A stretch of DNA of 64,000 bases, from contig JAUSIQ010000038.1 in the NCBI GenBank assembly GCA_030647955.1, positions 421 through 64,420 of the forward strand, in the 5' to 3' direction. Both the position numbers and the translations under genes were made by a program. Of this stretch, positions 1 to 11,350 are shown in pieces. The stretch comes from a bacterium (GTDB lineage Bacteria; Patescibacteriota; Minisyncoccia; 2-02-FULL-40-12; IGHO2-12-FULL-4). Numbering within the stretch: the first letter of the stretch is position 1; each line of letters starts with the position of its first letter. The notes under the pieces are model-generated. The model was not told the origin of the DNA. It worked only from the letters and a program-made list of their open reading frames with translations, and searched no databases.

Positions 1-431
1 CTCGAGGGTGGAATCGGCAATAAAAGTACGGTCAACTTTTTGTGAATATCTACATGAATGTGTTTGACCAGTTTGTGAAGCATAAAATCAAAGCTAAACA
101 CTATATTCGTTACGCGGATGATTTTGTTTTTCTTTCTGAAGATAAGTATTGGCTGGAAGAAATTCTTTTCCGAGTCGGAGAATTCTTAGAAGAAAGACTC
201 CGTCTCACCCTACATCCTGACAAAATATCTTTGCGTACCCTGGCTTCTGGGGTAGATTTTCTAGGCTGGGTGCATTTTTCGGATCATCGGGTGCTTAGGA
301 CGACTACTAAAAGGCGAATGCTTAAAAGAGTAGAAATTAATAAAAGCCTCGAAACCCTCAATTCATATCTAGGGCTATTAAAGCATGGCAATAGCAATAA
401 ATTAAAAAATGCATTAGAATTGGCGACATGA
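1..431 (+). pseudogene. Reverse transcriptase, DGR-type, C-terminal part. Truncated by the window edge and frameshifted near nt 22-25.
   Basis: ORF 42..431 carries motif 5 YIRYADDFVF and a C-terminal SYLGLLKHGNSNKL tail. Frame 1 upstream reads LEGGIGNKSTVNFL*. Adding one A to the A4 run at 22-25 yields the contiguous motif 4 IGNKKYGQLFVNIYMNVFDQFVKH, of the form IGNxx(S/G)Q..N.Y typical of DGR RTs. The stop overlaps the next gene's start (ATGA). Confidence 0.55.
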
Positions 432-1507
432 GAGTCGCCTTGGTGCATGACCATTTGAATCAATACGGCGGAGGGGAGCGGGTTTTGAGTGTCTTTGCGG
501 AGATGTTTCCGTACGCTCCTATTTTTACTTTAGTTTATGACGAACAACTCACTGGCCACTCTTTTCACGGCAAAGAAATTCACACCTCTTTTATACAAAA
601 AATTCCTTGGGCGAAAAGAAATCATCGCCTCTGGCCGGTGCTGATGCCTTTGGGAGTAGAAAAATTTGATCTCTCCAGATTTGATCTGGTCATTTCCAAT
701 TCCGCCTCATTCGCCAAGGGGATTATCACCAAACCCAAGACTAAGCACATTGCTTATTGTCTTACTCCCACTCGTTTTCTTTGGGACGACAGTCACAAAT
801 ACATCGAAGAATTTCAGCGGCCGTGGATTGTCAAAAAGCTTACACCGTTTTTATTAAACTATTTACGCATTTGGGATCAGGAGGCCAGTCATCGTGTCGA
901 TCAGTTTGTGGCCATTTCCCAATTTATTAAAGCGCGGGTCAAGAAATATTACCAAAGGGAAGCCGAGGTTATTTATCCGCCCGTAGAGACGAAGCGTTTT
1001 AAAATTTCTCCGGAGGTGGATAAATATTTTTTGATGGTGGGTAGAATGGTGCCGTATAAGCGGTTCGAGCTGGCCGTAAAAGTTTTTAACGAACTGGGTT
1101 GGCCGCTAAAAATTATTGGCGATGGACCGCAGAAAAAATATCTGCAAAAAATCGCCAAGCCCAATATTGAATTTCTGGGATTAATTTCAGATCATCTTTT
1201 GCCGGCTTATTATGCTCGAGCTCAAGCGCTTATTTTTCCTCAAGAGGAAGATTTTGGTATTGTGGTGGTGGAGGCGATGGCTTCTGGACGGCCGGTGGTG
1301 GCCTTTCGCGGTGGAGGCAGTTTGGAGACGATCAAAGAGGGGGAGAGCGGGGTATTTTTTGATGAGCAAACCGAAGAGTCTTTGTTAAAAACATTGCGAC
1401 AATTTAATCCCGCCAACTTTGATTCTCAACAAATCCGTGCTCGTTCAATGCTATTTGATCGCGAGATTTTCAAAGAGAAATTTGAAAAAGTCATCAGAGA
1501 GTTATAA
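428..1507 (+). CDS. Glycosyltransferase family 4 (GT4, RfaG/WcaL-like)
   Basis: C-terminal GT4 signature FPQEEDFGIVVVEAMASGRPVVAFRGGGSLETIKEGESGVFF (EX7E motif). Overlaps the RT stop. Confidence 0.8.
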   Translation: MRVALVHDHLNQYGGGERVLSVFAEMFPYAPIFTLVYDEQLTGHSFHGKEIHTSFIQKIPWAKRNHRLWPVLMPLGVEKFDLSRFDLVISNSASFAKGIITKPKTKHIAYCLTPTRFLWDDSHKYIEEFQRPWIVKKLTPFLLNYLRIWDQEASHRVDQFVAISQFIKARVKKYYQREAEVIYPPVETKRFKISPEVDKYFLMVGRMVPYKRFELAVKVFNELGWPLKIIGDGPQKKYLQKIAKPNIEFLGLISDHLLPAYYARAQALIFPQEEDFGIVVVEAMASGRPVVAFRGGGSLETIKEGESGVFFDEQTEESLLKTLRQFNPANFDSQQIRARSMLFDREIFKEKFEKVIREL

Positions 1508-1536
1508 AGTTCATAAAGTTATAAAGTTCATCAAGT

Positions 1537-1881
1537 ATGAAAATAGAAAGATTCGAAGAGATAATTTCTTGGCAAAAGGCTAGAACTTTAGCTGTTTTGG
1601 TTTATGCATTATTTAGCAAAAATAGAGACTTCAGTTTTAATGATCAAATTAAAAGAGCAGTTATTAGTATTGGGAATAATATTGCTGAAGGATTCGAGCG
1701 AAAGAGTAATCAGGAATTAAAATACTTTTTCTATATTGCTAAAGGTTCCTGTGGAGAAGTAAGATCGATGTCTTATATTGCTCTGGAGTTAAAATATATA
1801 TCTAAAAAAGATTTTGATGAACTCAATAGCGCGTGCCTGGAAATATCAAGATTGATCTCCGGTTTCATAAAAACTTTATAA
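1537..1881 (+). CDS. Four-helix-bundle protein of the Avd / 23S-rRNA-intervening-sequence family (TIGR02436-like)
   Basis: 114 aa with the family signature W.KA..L...VY........F.NDQIKRAVISIGNNIAEGFERKSNQELKYFFYIAKGSCGEVRSMSYIA. This is the same fold family as DGR accessory variability determinants. Confidence 0.6.
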   Translation: MKIERFEEIISWQKARTLAVLVYALFSKNRDFSFNDQIKRAVISIGNNIAEGFERKSNQELKYFFYIAKGSCGEVRSMSYIALELKYISKKDFDELNSACLEISRLISGFIKTL

Positions 1882-1898
1882 CCTGATAACTTTATAAC

Positions 1899-3059
1899 TT
1901 GAAGAACTCATTTTCTGTTGGAGTAGATATTCGGGTGCTGGGATCGGGGAAGCAGAGCGGGATTGAGCAATATGTGCTGAATCTTTTGCCGGAAATGATC
2001 CGCTTGGCTCCCGATATTAAATTTAAACTCTTTTTTAGCGCCTTTCATGAGGCGGAGCTTTCTTATCCCTGGCTGCACCGCGATAATGTCGAATTGCACC
2101 GTTTTTTTTACCCTAATCGGCTCATGTTCGGAGCGGCGAAATTTTTTGGGCGTCCGCGGTTGGATAAGCTGATGGGCGGAGCCAATGTATTTTTTAGTCC
2201 GCATTTTTTCAGTGCCCCGCTGGAAAAGTCTTGTCGATTGGTGACTACTTTTCACGATCTATCTTTTGTGCGCTACCCGCAGTTTTTCTCTTGGCGTAAA
2301 AACTTTTGGCATAGCTTTGAGATGAATCCTCGCCAGCAAGCGCGCCGTTCACATCGGCTAATCGCCATGTCTTATTCTACTCGCAATGACTTGGTCTCCT
2401 TATTCAAAATCAATCCAGAGAAAATTAAGGTAGTGTACTCCGGTTTAGTTCATGATCGCGCTGGGGTCACGGATAAAACTGAAATTAATCGGGTGCGGAC
2501 GCGCTATCAGTTGCCAGAAAACTTTTTTCTCTATTTGGGGACTATCGAGCCGCGTAAAAATATTCTAGGAATATTAAAGGCCTTTGAGGACCTCCAAAGA
2601 AAAAAACTCCTCTCCGAAGAGGCGCATTTAGTAATTGCGGGGGATCGAGGCTGGCGAGATTCCGATATTTTTAAATATCATGAGCAGTCTCCTTGGAGAA
2701 AATTAATTCATTTTATTGGGACAGTGGATGAGAAAGACAAATCGCTAGTTTATCAACTGGCCCGGGTTTTTGTTTATCCCAGCTTTTTTGAGGGTTTTGG
2801 TTTTCCGCCCCTGGAAGCGATGCGTGCCGGAGTACCGGTGATTACTTCCCGCACCTCGTCTTTGCCGGAAGTCACCGGAGGAGCGGCGCATCTGGTGGAT
2901 CCGTATCATTTGCACGATTTAGTGGAAGCCATGCAGCTTCTTTTTACAGATGAAGCCCTAAGAGAACAGTATCGTCGTCGTGGTTTGCGTCGAGCACAAC
3001 AGTTTTCCTGGGAAAAAAGCGCGCAGGAGACGCTGGAGGTTTTGCTTCGAGAATCTTGA
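1899..3059 (+). CDS. Glycosyltransferase family 4
   Basis: N-terminal VGVDIRVLGSGKQSGIEQY plus C-terminal VFVYPSFFEGFGFPPLEAMRAGVPVITSRTSSLPEV. TTG start, overlapped by a recurrent upstream motif. Confidence 0.75.
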   Translation: MKNSFSVGVDIRVLGSGKQSGIEQYVLNLLPEMIRLAPDIKFKLFFSAFHEAELSYPWLHRDNVELHRFFYPNRLMFGAAKFFGRPRLDKLMGGANVFFSPHFFSAPLEKSCRLVTTFHDLSFVRYPQFFSWRKNFWHSFEMNPRQQARRSHRLIAMSYSTRNDLVSLFKINPEKIKVVYSGLVHDRAGVTDKTEINRVRTRYQLPENFFLYLGTIEPRKNILGILKAFEDLQRKKLLSEEAHLVIAGDRGWRDSDIFKYHEQSPWRKLIHFIGTVDEKDKSLVYQLARVFVYPSFFEGFGFPPLEAMRAGVPVITSRTSSLPEVTGGAAHLVDPYHLHDLVEAMQLLFTDEALREQYRRRGLRRAQQFSWEKSAQETLEVLLRES

Positions 3060-3076
3060 GTGGTACAATATAGTTA

Positions 3077-5563
3077 ATGTCCTCTCCTAAAGATAAGGAG
3101 GTTTTGTACGATATTCGTCCGGTGAACTCCTCCGGCCAAGTTGATTTTGCCAAAATCAGTCAGATAGAAGCGGAGTTGGATTTGAGCCATGCTTCGGTGG
3201 CTGAAGTGGCGGCTTACAAAGAGGAGATCAGTAAAGTTTTTCAGGAAGAGCTGGGTAAAGACCATGATATCGTCGCGGCTTTAGCCGATGTGGGGGCGAC
3301 CCTACATTTAGCAGAGGCTGTTTCGGAGGAGTCAAAGAAAGAAGTGGTTTTAGCTACTGTGCCACCAAAGCCCGCTCCGATGGAAGTTGAGCCTCCACCA
3401 GTGCCAATGGAGCTCCCGCCAGTAATAGTCGAGAGACCTGCTCCGATGCGGGTTTCTCCCGCGCCCGGGCCGTCCTTGCCGCCTTTGCATCCCGACGAGT
3501 GGCATTCTCCCGCCGCTCGAGAGATTGATAAATTTATGGGACGCTCTTTTGATGGAGGCGGACCGGTTAACCCTGTAGCTGAAGCTTCCTCTGCGCCCGA
3601 ATCCGGATCTTCTCGTCATCTACTCACTAAAATTTTATGGTTAGGAGTGGCGGTCTTGTTACTCTTTTCGGCGGTGCGCCTCGTGGATTGGGGGAAGAAG
3701 TTTAAGCAAGGATTTTTGGATACAGGCGAGGAGGCGGCCGATAACCTCCAGAAAGCCAAAGACGATATTGTTAATTTTGATTTTGCCTCCGCGGCTAATA
3801 ATTTTACCTTAGCCTACGATAATTTTTCTGGAGCTTCTTCTCGGCTTGATTCTCTGGGCACTTCTTTGGTTTCTTTTTTAAGCGAAGCTCCGGGATTTGG
3901 ACAAGTGAAAGCGGCTAAAAATATTCTTAAGGCTGGAGAAAATATTTCCAAGGCCGGACAAAACTTGGCTACGGCTTTGGATGGGTTTTATCGTACTAAT
4001 TTTATTTCTTATTTTGGTTTTGAATTTTTGAAAGGGGAGTCGCAACCGGTTTCCATCTCTTATTTTGTAAAAGGATTTCGCGATGCAGCGCTTTTTGCCC
4101 AAAAAAGATTAGCGGCCTCCGGAGAATTGCTGGCGCAGATAGCGGACGACTCTTTGCCGGAAGAAAAGCGCGCCGAGTTTCTTGACATCAAAGCCCAAAT
4201 CCCGGTTTTGGAAGAATACTTGGGCAGAGCGGTAGATTATTCTGGTTTTCTTTTGGGCGCTTTGGGGCAATCCGGACCGAAAAAATATATTTTGCTTTTC
4301 CAGAATAATACCGAGCTAAGGCCCTCCGGGGGCTTTCCGGGATCTTATGCCTTGATCGGATTTAATCGCGGGTTTTTGAGGGATTTCAAGGTGGATGATA
4401 TTTACAACGTTGATGGTCAGGCTCAGAAAAAATATGTACCTCCGGTGGAACTTCAGCACATCACTTCCACTTGGGGCATGCGCGATGCGAGCTGGTTTGT
4501 GAATTTTCCGGATTCAGCCAGGAAAGTTATTCAGATGTATAAAAACGATGGAGGGCCGCAGGTGGATGGGGTGCTGACCATTACTCCGACGGTGATTGGA
4601 AAAATTCTCGAAGTAATTGGCCCGATCGAATTACCGGAATACAAGCTGACTTTGGATCACAATAATTTCCTGGCTGAAATTCAAGAAGAAATAGAGTACG
4701 GAGATAATCGGGTTCAGCCTAAAACGATATTAGTGGATTTTACGCCAAAGTTTATTGAAAAATTAGGCCAGCAGGACAAGGATCAGTGGTTTAAGATTGT
4801 TAAGATTTTATTGGAAGCTACGGAGCAAAAACATATTTTAGCTTATTTTAGTGATCCGGAATTACAAAAAGTAGCGGAGGATAATGATTTGGCTGGAATA
4901 GTGAAGTCGACCACGGAGGATTACCTTTTTATCACTCATAGTAACGTGAAAGGTATTAAAACCGATGCGGTGATTGAAAATAGTTACGACCTTAAGTCTT
5001 CTTTGACCGGAGATGGATTTATCGAGCATACTTTGACGATTAACCGGGCACATCGCGGTGGGAAAAGCGATTACGGATTCTATAATCGCCAAAATTTTGA
5101 TTATTTGCGAGTCTTGGTTCCGAAAGGATCGATCCTTTCTAGTATCCAGGGGCAAACCTCTGGAAATTTTACGCCTCTCATTCGCAATTATTCCACCGGA
5201 GATTATGTAGAAGATGCAGAACTTAAAAAGTACGATAGCGAGGTTAGTGTGGTGACCGGAGGAGTGAAGCAATTTACGGAAGCAGACAAAACCGTTTTTG
5301 GCTTTTGGCATTCTTTGCAACCCGGCCAGACCAAGGCCATTACTTTGAAATATAAAACTCCGGTGCGTCTCGACGATAACGAGTATCTTTTGTTAGTACA
5401 AAAACAGCCCGGTACTTTGGAAGATCGTTTAACTTTCTCTTTCGATATACCTTCGAAGAAAGAAGCCATCTTCCGTTATCCGGAACTAACTTTGGATGAC
5501 AATCGCTTAACTGGAGAGACAAAGCTTGTCAAAGATCTGATTTTTGGTATTAAATTGCAGTAA
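3077..5563 (+). CDS. Membrane-anchored extracellular protein of unknown function. Pro-rich N-terminus, single TM, large ectodomain.
   Basis: 828-aa ORF. PPKPAPMEVEPPPVPMELPP region, then TM segment LLTKILWLGVAVLLLFSAVRLV. The stop overlaps the murJ start (TAATG). No recognisable catalytic motif. Confidence 0.4.
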   Translation: MSSPKDKEVLYDIRPVNSSGQVDFAKISQIEAELDLSHASVAEVAAYKEEISKVFQEELGKDHDIVAALADVGATLHLAEAVSEESKKEVVLATVPPKPAPMEVEPPPVPMELPPVIVERPAPMRVSPAPGPSLPPLHPDEWHSPAAREIDKFMGRSFDGGGPVNPVAEASSAPESGSSRHLLTKILWLGVAVLLLFSAVRLVDWGKKFKQGFLDTGEEAADNLQKAKDDIVNFDFASAANNFTLAYDNFSGASSRLDSLGTSLVSFLSEAPGFGQVKAAKNILKAGENISKAGQNLATALDGFYRTNFISYFGFEFLKGESQPVSISYFVKGFRDAALFAQKRLAASGELLAQIADDSLPEEKRAEFLDIKAQIPVLEEYLGRAVDYSGFLLGALGQSGPKKYILLFQNNTELRPSGGFPGSYALIGFNRGFLRDFKVDDIYNVDGQAQKKYVPPVELQHITSTWGMRDASWFVNFPDSARKVIQMYKNDGGPQVDGVLTITPTVIGKILEVIGPIELPEYKLTLDHNNFLAEIQEEIEYGDNRVQPKTILVDFTPKFIEKLGQQDKDQWFKIVKILLEATEQKHILAYFSDPELQKVAEDNDLAGIVKSTTEDYLFITHSNVKGIKTDAVIENSYDLKSSLTGDGFIEHTLTINRAHRGGKSDYGFYNRQNFDYLRVLVPKGSILSSIQGQTSGNFTPLIRNYSTGDYVEDAELKKYDSEVSVVTGGVKQFTEADKTVFGFWHSLQPGQTKAITLKYKTPVRLDDNEYLLLVQKQPGTLEDRLTFSFDIPSKKEAIFRYPELTLDDNRLTGETKLVKDLIFGIKLQ

Positions 5564-7098
5564 TGTCGCTTAAATCTTTTTCATTAAGCAAGGTTAGCCG
5601 AGCTAGCGCCATGCTCGCCTTTTTTTATTTACTCTCGCGGGTGGTGGGGTTGTGGCGAGATCGAGTTTTAGCTAGTCGTTTTGGGGCCACAGACGTACTG
5701 GATGCCTACTATGTTTCTTTTAACTTGCCCGACCTAGTTTTTAATTTATTGGTGGCCGGAGCGATCTCCTCGGCGTTTATTCCAGTTTTTACGGAGTACC
5801 AAGCGAAGAAAAAAGGAGAGGAGTGGGAATTAACGAACAATTTTCTAAATTCTTTGTTGCTGGTAGGGGCCGTGATTTGTTTTGTTCTGGCGATTTTTGC
5901 TCCGGTGGTTATTGGAATCGTGGCCCCCGGGTTTATAGGTCCCAAAAAAGATCTGGCTATTTTGTTTACCCGAGTAATGATGGTCAGTCCGATTATTTTC
6001 TCGGTGAGTATGGTGCTGGGTTCTTTGCTGAATATCTTTGAGCGTTTTTTGACTTACGCCATGGCGCCGATCATGTATAATCTGGGCATCATTATCGGGG
6101 CGGTATGGTTAGAGCCAAAATTTGGACCGTTAGGATTGGCCGAGGGCGTAGTATTGGGAGCGCTTTTGCATTTCCTGATTCAGCTGCCGTCAATCTGGAA
6201 AATTGGATTTAGGTGGCAGGGAGTATTGCATTGGGGAGACAAAGGATTGCGGAAGGTGGTGCAACTGGCTCTGCCGCGCACTTTTGGGTTAGTGGCCGGA
6301 CAAGTGAACTGGATCATGCTCAATGCTTTGGCCACGACCTTGGGTTTAGGGGCGGTAACCATTTTTAACTTTGCTAATAATTTACAATATCTACCCGTCG
6401 CTTTAGTGGGTATTTCCGTGGCGATCGCTTCTTTTCCGGCTCTGTCTCGAGAAGCTTTGCAGGAAGATAAGAGAGAATTTGTTAAACATGTTCAGATGCA
6501 TTTACGCCAGGTAGTTTTTTGGGCTTTGCCGCTTTCGGTATTAATATTCTTTTTGAGAGAAGAGGCGGCTCGGATTGTGCTACGTTCTGGAAATTTTTCA
6601 ACTTTTGATGCTTCCTCTACGGCGCGAGTACTCGGTTTTTTTATGATTGGAGCGGTTAGTCAAAGTTTAATACCGATTTTATCGCGTTCTTTTTATGCCA
6701 TGCAAAATACCAAAACTCCAGTGTTGATTAGTTTAATTTCGATTGCGATTAACGCGGGATTAGCAATTTATTTTGTAAAAGAGTTGAGCTGGGGTTTAAC
6801 GGGGCTGGCTTTAGCGTTTAGCATAGCGGGGATTGTGAATGCTATCTTGCTTTTAATCTATCTTAAGAAGTTCCTGACGGCTTTTTCAGTTAAATCTTTT
6901 TTTTGGCACTTTGGAAAAGTAGTGGCGGCCACATTAGGAATGGGAGCGGTGCTTTATTATCTCTCCTGTTGGAATTGGGGCGGTGGACATGGACTGGCAG
7001 CCGATTTCTATCGGGCGGTGATTTTTTCCGCGCTAGCGCTATTGACTTTCTTAGGATTGTCTGCCATTCTTAGAATTAGTTTTTCATTAAAAAAATAG
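5563..7098 (+). CDS. murJ: Lipid II flippase MurJ (MviN family)
   Basis: N-terminal signature SRVVGLWRDRVLASRFGATDVLDAYYVSFNLPDLVFNLLVAGAISSAFIPVF. Polytopic, 511 aa. Confidence 0.8.
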   Translation: MSLKSFSLSKVSRASAMLAFFYLLSRVVGLWRDRVLASRFGATDVLDAYYVSFNLPDLVFNLLVAGAISSAFIPVFTEYQAKKKGEEWELTNNFLNSLLLVGAVICFVLAIFAPVVIGIVAPGFIGPKKDLAILFTRVMMVSPIIFSVSMVLGSLLNIFERFLTYAMAPIMYNLGIIIGAVWLEPKFGPLGLAEGVVLGALLHFLIQLPSIWKIGFRWQGVLHWGDKGLRKVVQLALPRTFGLVAGQVNWIMLNALATTLGLGAVTIFNFANNLQYLPVALVGISVAIASFPALSREALQEDKREFVKHVQMHLRQVVFWALPLSVLIFFLREEAARIVLRSGNFSTFDASSTARVLGFFMIGAVSQSLIPILSRSFYAMQNTKTPVLISLISIAINAGLAIYFVKELSWGLTGLALAFSIAGIVNAILLLIYLKKFLTAFSVKSFFWHFGKVVAATLGMGAVLYYLSCWNWGGGHGLAADFYRAVIFSALALLTFLGLSAILRISFSLKK

Positions 7099-7107
7099 GA
7101 GCAGAGT

Positions 7108-7521
7108 GTGCCTAAACCAAATTACTCTCACCAGGATCCATATCCGGTGGTGACGGTGGATACGATGGATGCGGTGGCTAACCATGCTATGGCCAGCTTT
7201 GTGGAGAATCTTGAGAAAGAGAAGGCTCGATTCGCCCGAGAAAATCTCGCTTCAGTGGTAAAGATTAGTGAGAATGAGGCGTTCTCTTTTGGCGTTTTTA
7301 TCTCTGGGGTGGCTCTCTTCTGCGTAGGACTATTTGGTGTCCCAGCTCTCGTCATCGGAGGTTGCTCCTTGATGGGGATCGGCGCTATTCTTTTAGTGCG
7401 TACGGCCACGAAATATGACAAGCTCTTTGAGGCCTGGAAGGATAAACGCAGAAAGCCAAGCAGTTGCGAATCTTGTGAAATGGGAGATGCTCCAATAGGA
7501 GAAGCTCATCTTGGAAAATAA
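7108..7521 (+). CDS. Hypothetical membrane protein
   Basis: GTG start with AGGAG 6 nt upstream. Two predicted TM helices. Followed by a terminator. Confidence 0.4.
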   Translation: MPKPNYSHQDPYPVVTVDTMDAVANHAMASFVENLEKEKARFARENLASVVKISENEAFSFGVFISGVALFCVGLFGVPALVIGGCSLMGIGAILLVRTATKYDKLFEAWKDKRRKPSSCESCEMGDAPIGEAHLGK

Positions 7522-7535
7522 GGTCTGGGAATTAG

Positions 7536-7566
7536 TAGGCGGTCCGCGGGCCGCTTTTTTAATTAA
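7536..7566 (+). terminator. Rho-independent terminator
   Basis: GCGGTCC-GCGG-GGCCGC hairpin followed by TTTTTT. Confidence 0.5.
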
Positions 7567-7608
7567 ACATATCGTGGTACTTTATTAGTTATATTCACGG
7601 AGCAAACT

Positions 7609-9405
<1,797 letters not shown>

Positions 9406-9536
9406 GTTCTTTTTGCTAATATAGAAGAGGGAGAAAAAGAAAAGCGATCATGCTGACGATGACCAAGGCAACAATGATCGTCGAAAACGTCTTAATTGTT
9501 TTACGGTGAAGGTGAAACATAGGATTTATCTTTCTA

Positions 9537-9926
9537 TTGTATATGTTTAGTAATTTTTTTCAATCTAAAATTTTTACCGGTTTAGCCCTGGTGGTAATAT
9601 TTTTTCTGGCCGTGGCTTTACTTAAGATACAGCCGCAGAGAGTGGTGGTAGAAAAGAAGATGAAAAATTTTCAGGATAAGATTGCGGAATTGGAAAGCTC
9701 CAACTTGGAGTTGGGCAGTCTTTTGGAGTATTTTAAAAGCGACGCTTATCTGGAAAAAGAGGCTAAGCTGAAACTGAATGTTCGCCGTCCGGAAGAAAAT
9801 GTAGTATTTTTTCATGAAGGCGATGTTAATCCTGTCACTACTTCTTCGGAGCAGCCTTCGGCTCCCAGTCGGTTTATCAACTATCTCGGCAGTTTGGGGC
9901 ACTGGTTTAGAAGCCTAATGGATTAA
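9537..9926 (+). CDS. Septum formation initiator family protein (FtsB/DivIC-like)
   Basis: N-terminal TM, coiled coil, and the conserved YLEKEAKLKLNVRRPEENVVFF segment. The true start is probably the ATG at 9543. Confidence 0.6.
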   Translation: MYMFSNFFQSKIFTGLALVVIFFLAVALLKIQPQRVVVEKKMKNFQDKIAELESSNLELGSLLEYFKSDAYLEKEAKLKLNVRRPEENVVFFHEGDVNPVTTSSEQPSAPSRFINYLGSLGHWFRSLMD

Positions 9927-9976
9927 AAGGCGGGTATCGTATATCGGTATTACCTGCCGGTAGGCAGGTGTGACAA

Positions 9977-10047
9977 GCGGCTGTAGTACAATGGCAGTAC
10001 GATAGCTTCCCAAGCTATAGACGTGGGTCCGATTCCCATCAGCCGCT
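9977..10047 (+). tRNA. tRNA-Gly (anticodon CCC)
   Basis: Hand-folded cloverleaf. Acceptor GCGGCTG/CAGCCGC, D stem GTAC/GTAC, anticodon stem ATAGC/GCTAT with loop TTCCCAA, T stem GTGGG/CCCAT with loop TCCGATT. Confidence 0.8.
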
Positions 10048-10070
10048 CATTTGAAAATAGAGATCAGAAG

Positions 10071-11138
10071 CTAGGCCGCCGCCACCGCTACTTTAGGCGC
10101 TTTTTCTTCCTCTTTTTTACGTAGAGCTTCTAAGGAATCAAGTGAGGAGTCGATGAGGGCATTAAACGGTTTTGGATTTAGATATATCTCGTTGTGCGTG
10201 CTCTTTGTTGAATAAAAACCATCAACCGTTCCGCTTTTCGTCATTTTCTGAACATCGTCCATGGAAAAGAATTTATCATCAACACCATGAACAATCGAAA
10301 CCCTTATCCCTTGTTCCCGTAATGTTCCGATTAGTTCATGAATTTGTGTTTTTGTGATTGTGCCAATGGAATCCCATGTTTCTTTGGGTCCGGCGACCAG
10401 GGCTTTATTAAGACCCATAGAAGCGCTGCTCATTTTCTTAGCCGTGCTCAAAGCACCTTCTCGTTTATATAATCTTGCTATTTGTAAGGCGATATCAAGA
10501 GCCGCCCCTTTGATAGTTTGCTCCCGATTATTTTCGCCAACCATACCCGCAGGGTCAACCAGTACAAGATTTCTGAATTTTTCTGGCCTTAGGAGTGCGG
10601 CAAAAATAGCGTGGATAGCACCTTCAGAATGGGCGACAACGTCAACCTGATCAAGACCCTCTTTTACTTCAAATACTTTTAAGGTTGCGGCGACTTTGTT
10701 CAATAGTAATTCGTCCGGTACAAGTTCTCTTGCTTCTTTAACTCCTTCGATCTGCTCGGCATTAATGCCATGAATATTATCTACGGCCAAAACACGCCGA
10801 CCCTTTTCTGCTAATCCAATAATATTAGCTTTGTAGTTATCGGGTGTTGTTCCCCAACCCTTTAAGATTAGAAGCGGGACTTCCGTTTTTACCTTTTCTG
10901 GTTGAATGTCGCGAAGACTTAATGTTTCGCCTTCGTATAATTCAAATTTATCAGGCTGATCAAATTGATTGCTCAAATATTCTGGTAATTTTTCCGGCGG
11001 CACTTCACCTTTCGGTGGGAGCGTTTGCTTATTTTCATAAGACGGCATTTCAATACTCATGGTATGTGGGTGAGTTAATAGTATGATTATATTATTTTTA
11101 GCCGATTCTTCAACTCCACCATTAGGAAGCCAATTCAT
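10071..11138 (-). CDS. Alpha/beta-hydrolase fold protein
   Basis: Nucleophile elbow VVAHSEGAIHAIF (GxSxG-like). 355 aa. Lies immediately after tRNA-Gly. Confidence 0.55.
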   Translation of the reverse strand: MNWLPNGGVEESAKNNIIILLTHPHTMSIEMPSYENKQTLPPKGEVPPEKLPEYLSNQFDQPDKFELYEGETLSLRDIQPEKVKTEVPLLILKGWGTTPDNYKANIIGLAEKGRRVLAVDNIHGINAEQIEGVKEARELVPDELLLNKVAATLKVFEVKEGLDQVDVVAHSEGAIHAIFAALLRPEKFRNLVLVDPAGMVGENNREQTIKGAALDIALQIARLYKREGALSTAKKMSSASMGLNKALVAGPKETWDSIGTITKTQIHELIGTLREQGIRVSIVHGVDDKFFSMDDVQKMTKSGTVDGFYSTKSTHNEIYLNPKPFNALIDSSLDSLEALRKKEEEKAPKVAVAAA

Positions 11139-11350
11139 CTCATCTTTATAATTTTCCGTAAGTATAAAATTAATTTAAATAAAACTATGCATATTGTTAC
11201 TACGCCAAGTATTGACGGAACATCGGTTAAAAAGTATTTAGGCATTGTCAGTGGCGAGGCTATTTTGGGAATTTGGCGGCTTTTCCATAACGGGGTTGAC
11301 ATAGTTTGCTGATTAGCTATTGTTTTAGTAAGAAAGATGGAGGTAATAAG

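Noticed and set aside
1-431. Interpreting the RT as a group II intron maturase or a retron RT
   Set aside because: There is no recognisable domain X/maturase or endonuclease segment after motif 7. Motif 4 carries Q before LF.N.Y, and the C-terminal SYLGLLKHGN tail fits DGR RTs. An Avd-family gene is nearby. Without profile searches this remains the more probable, but not certain, call.
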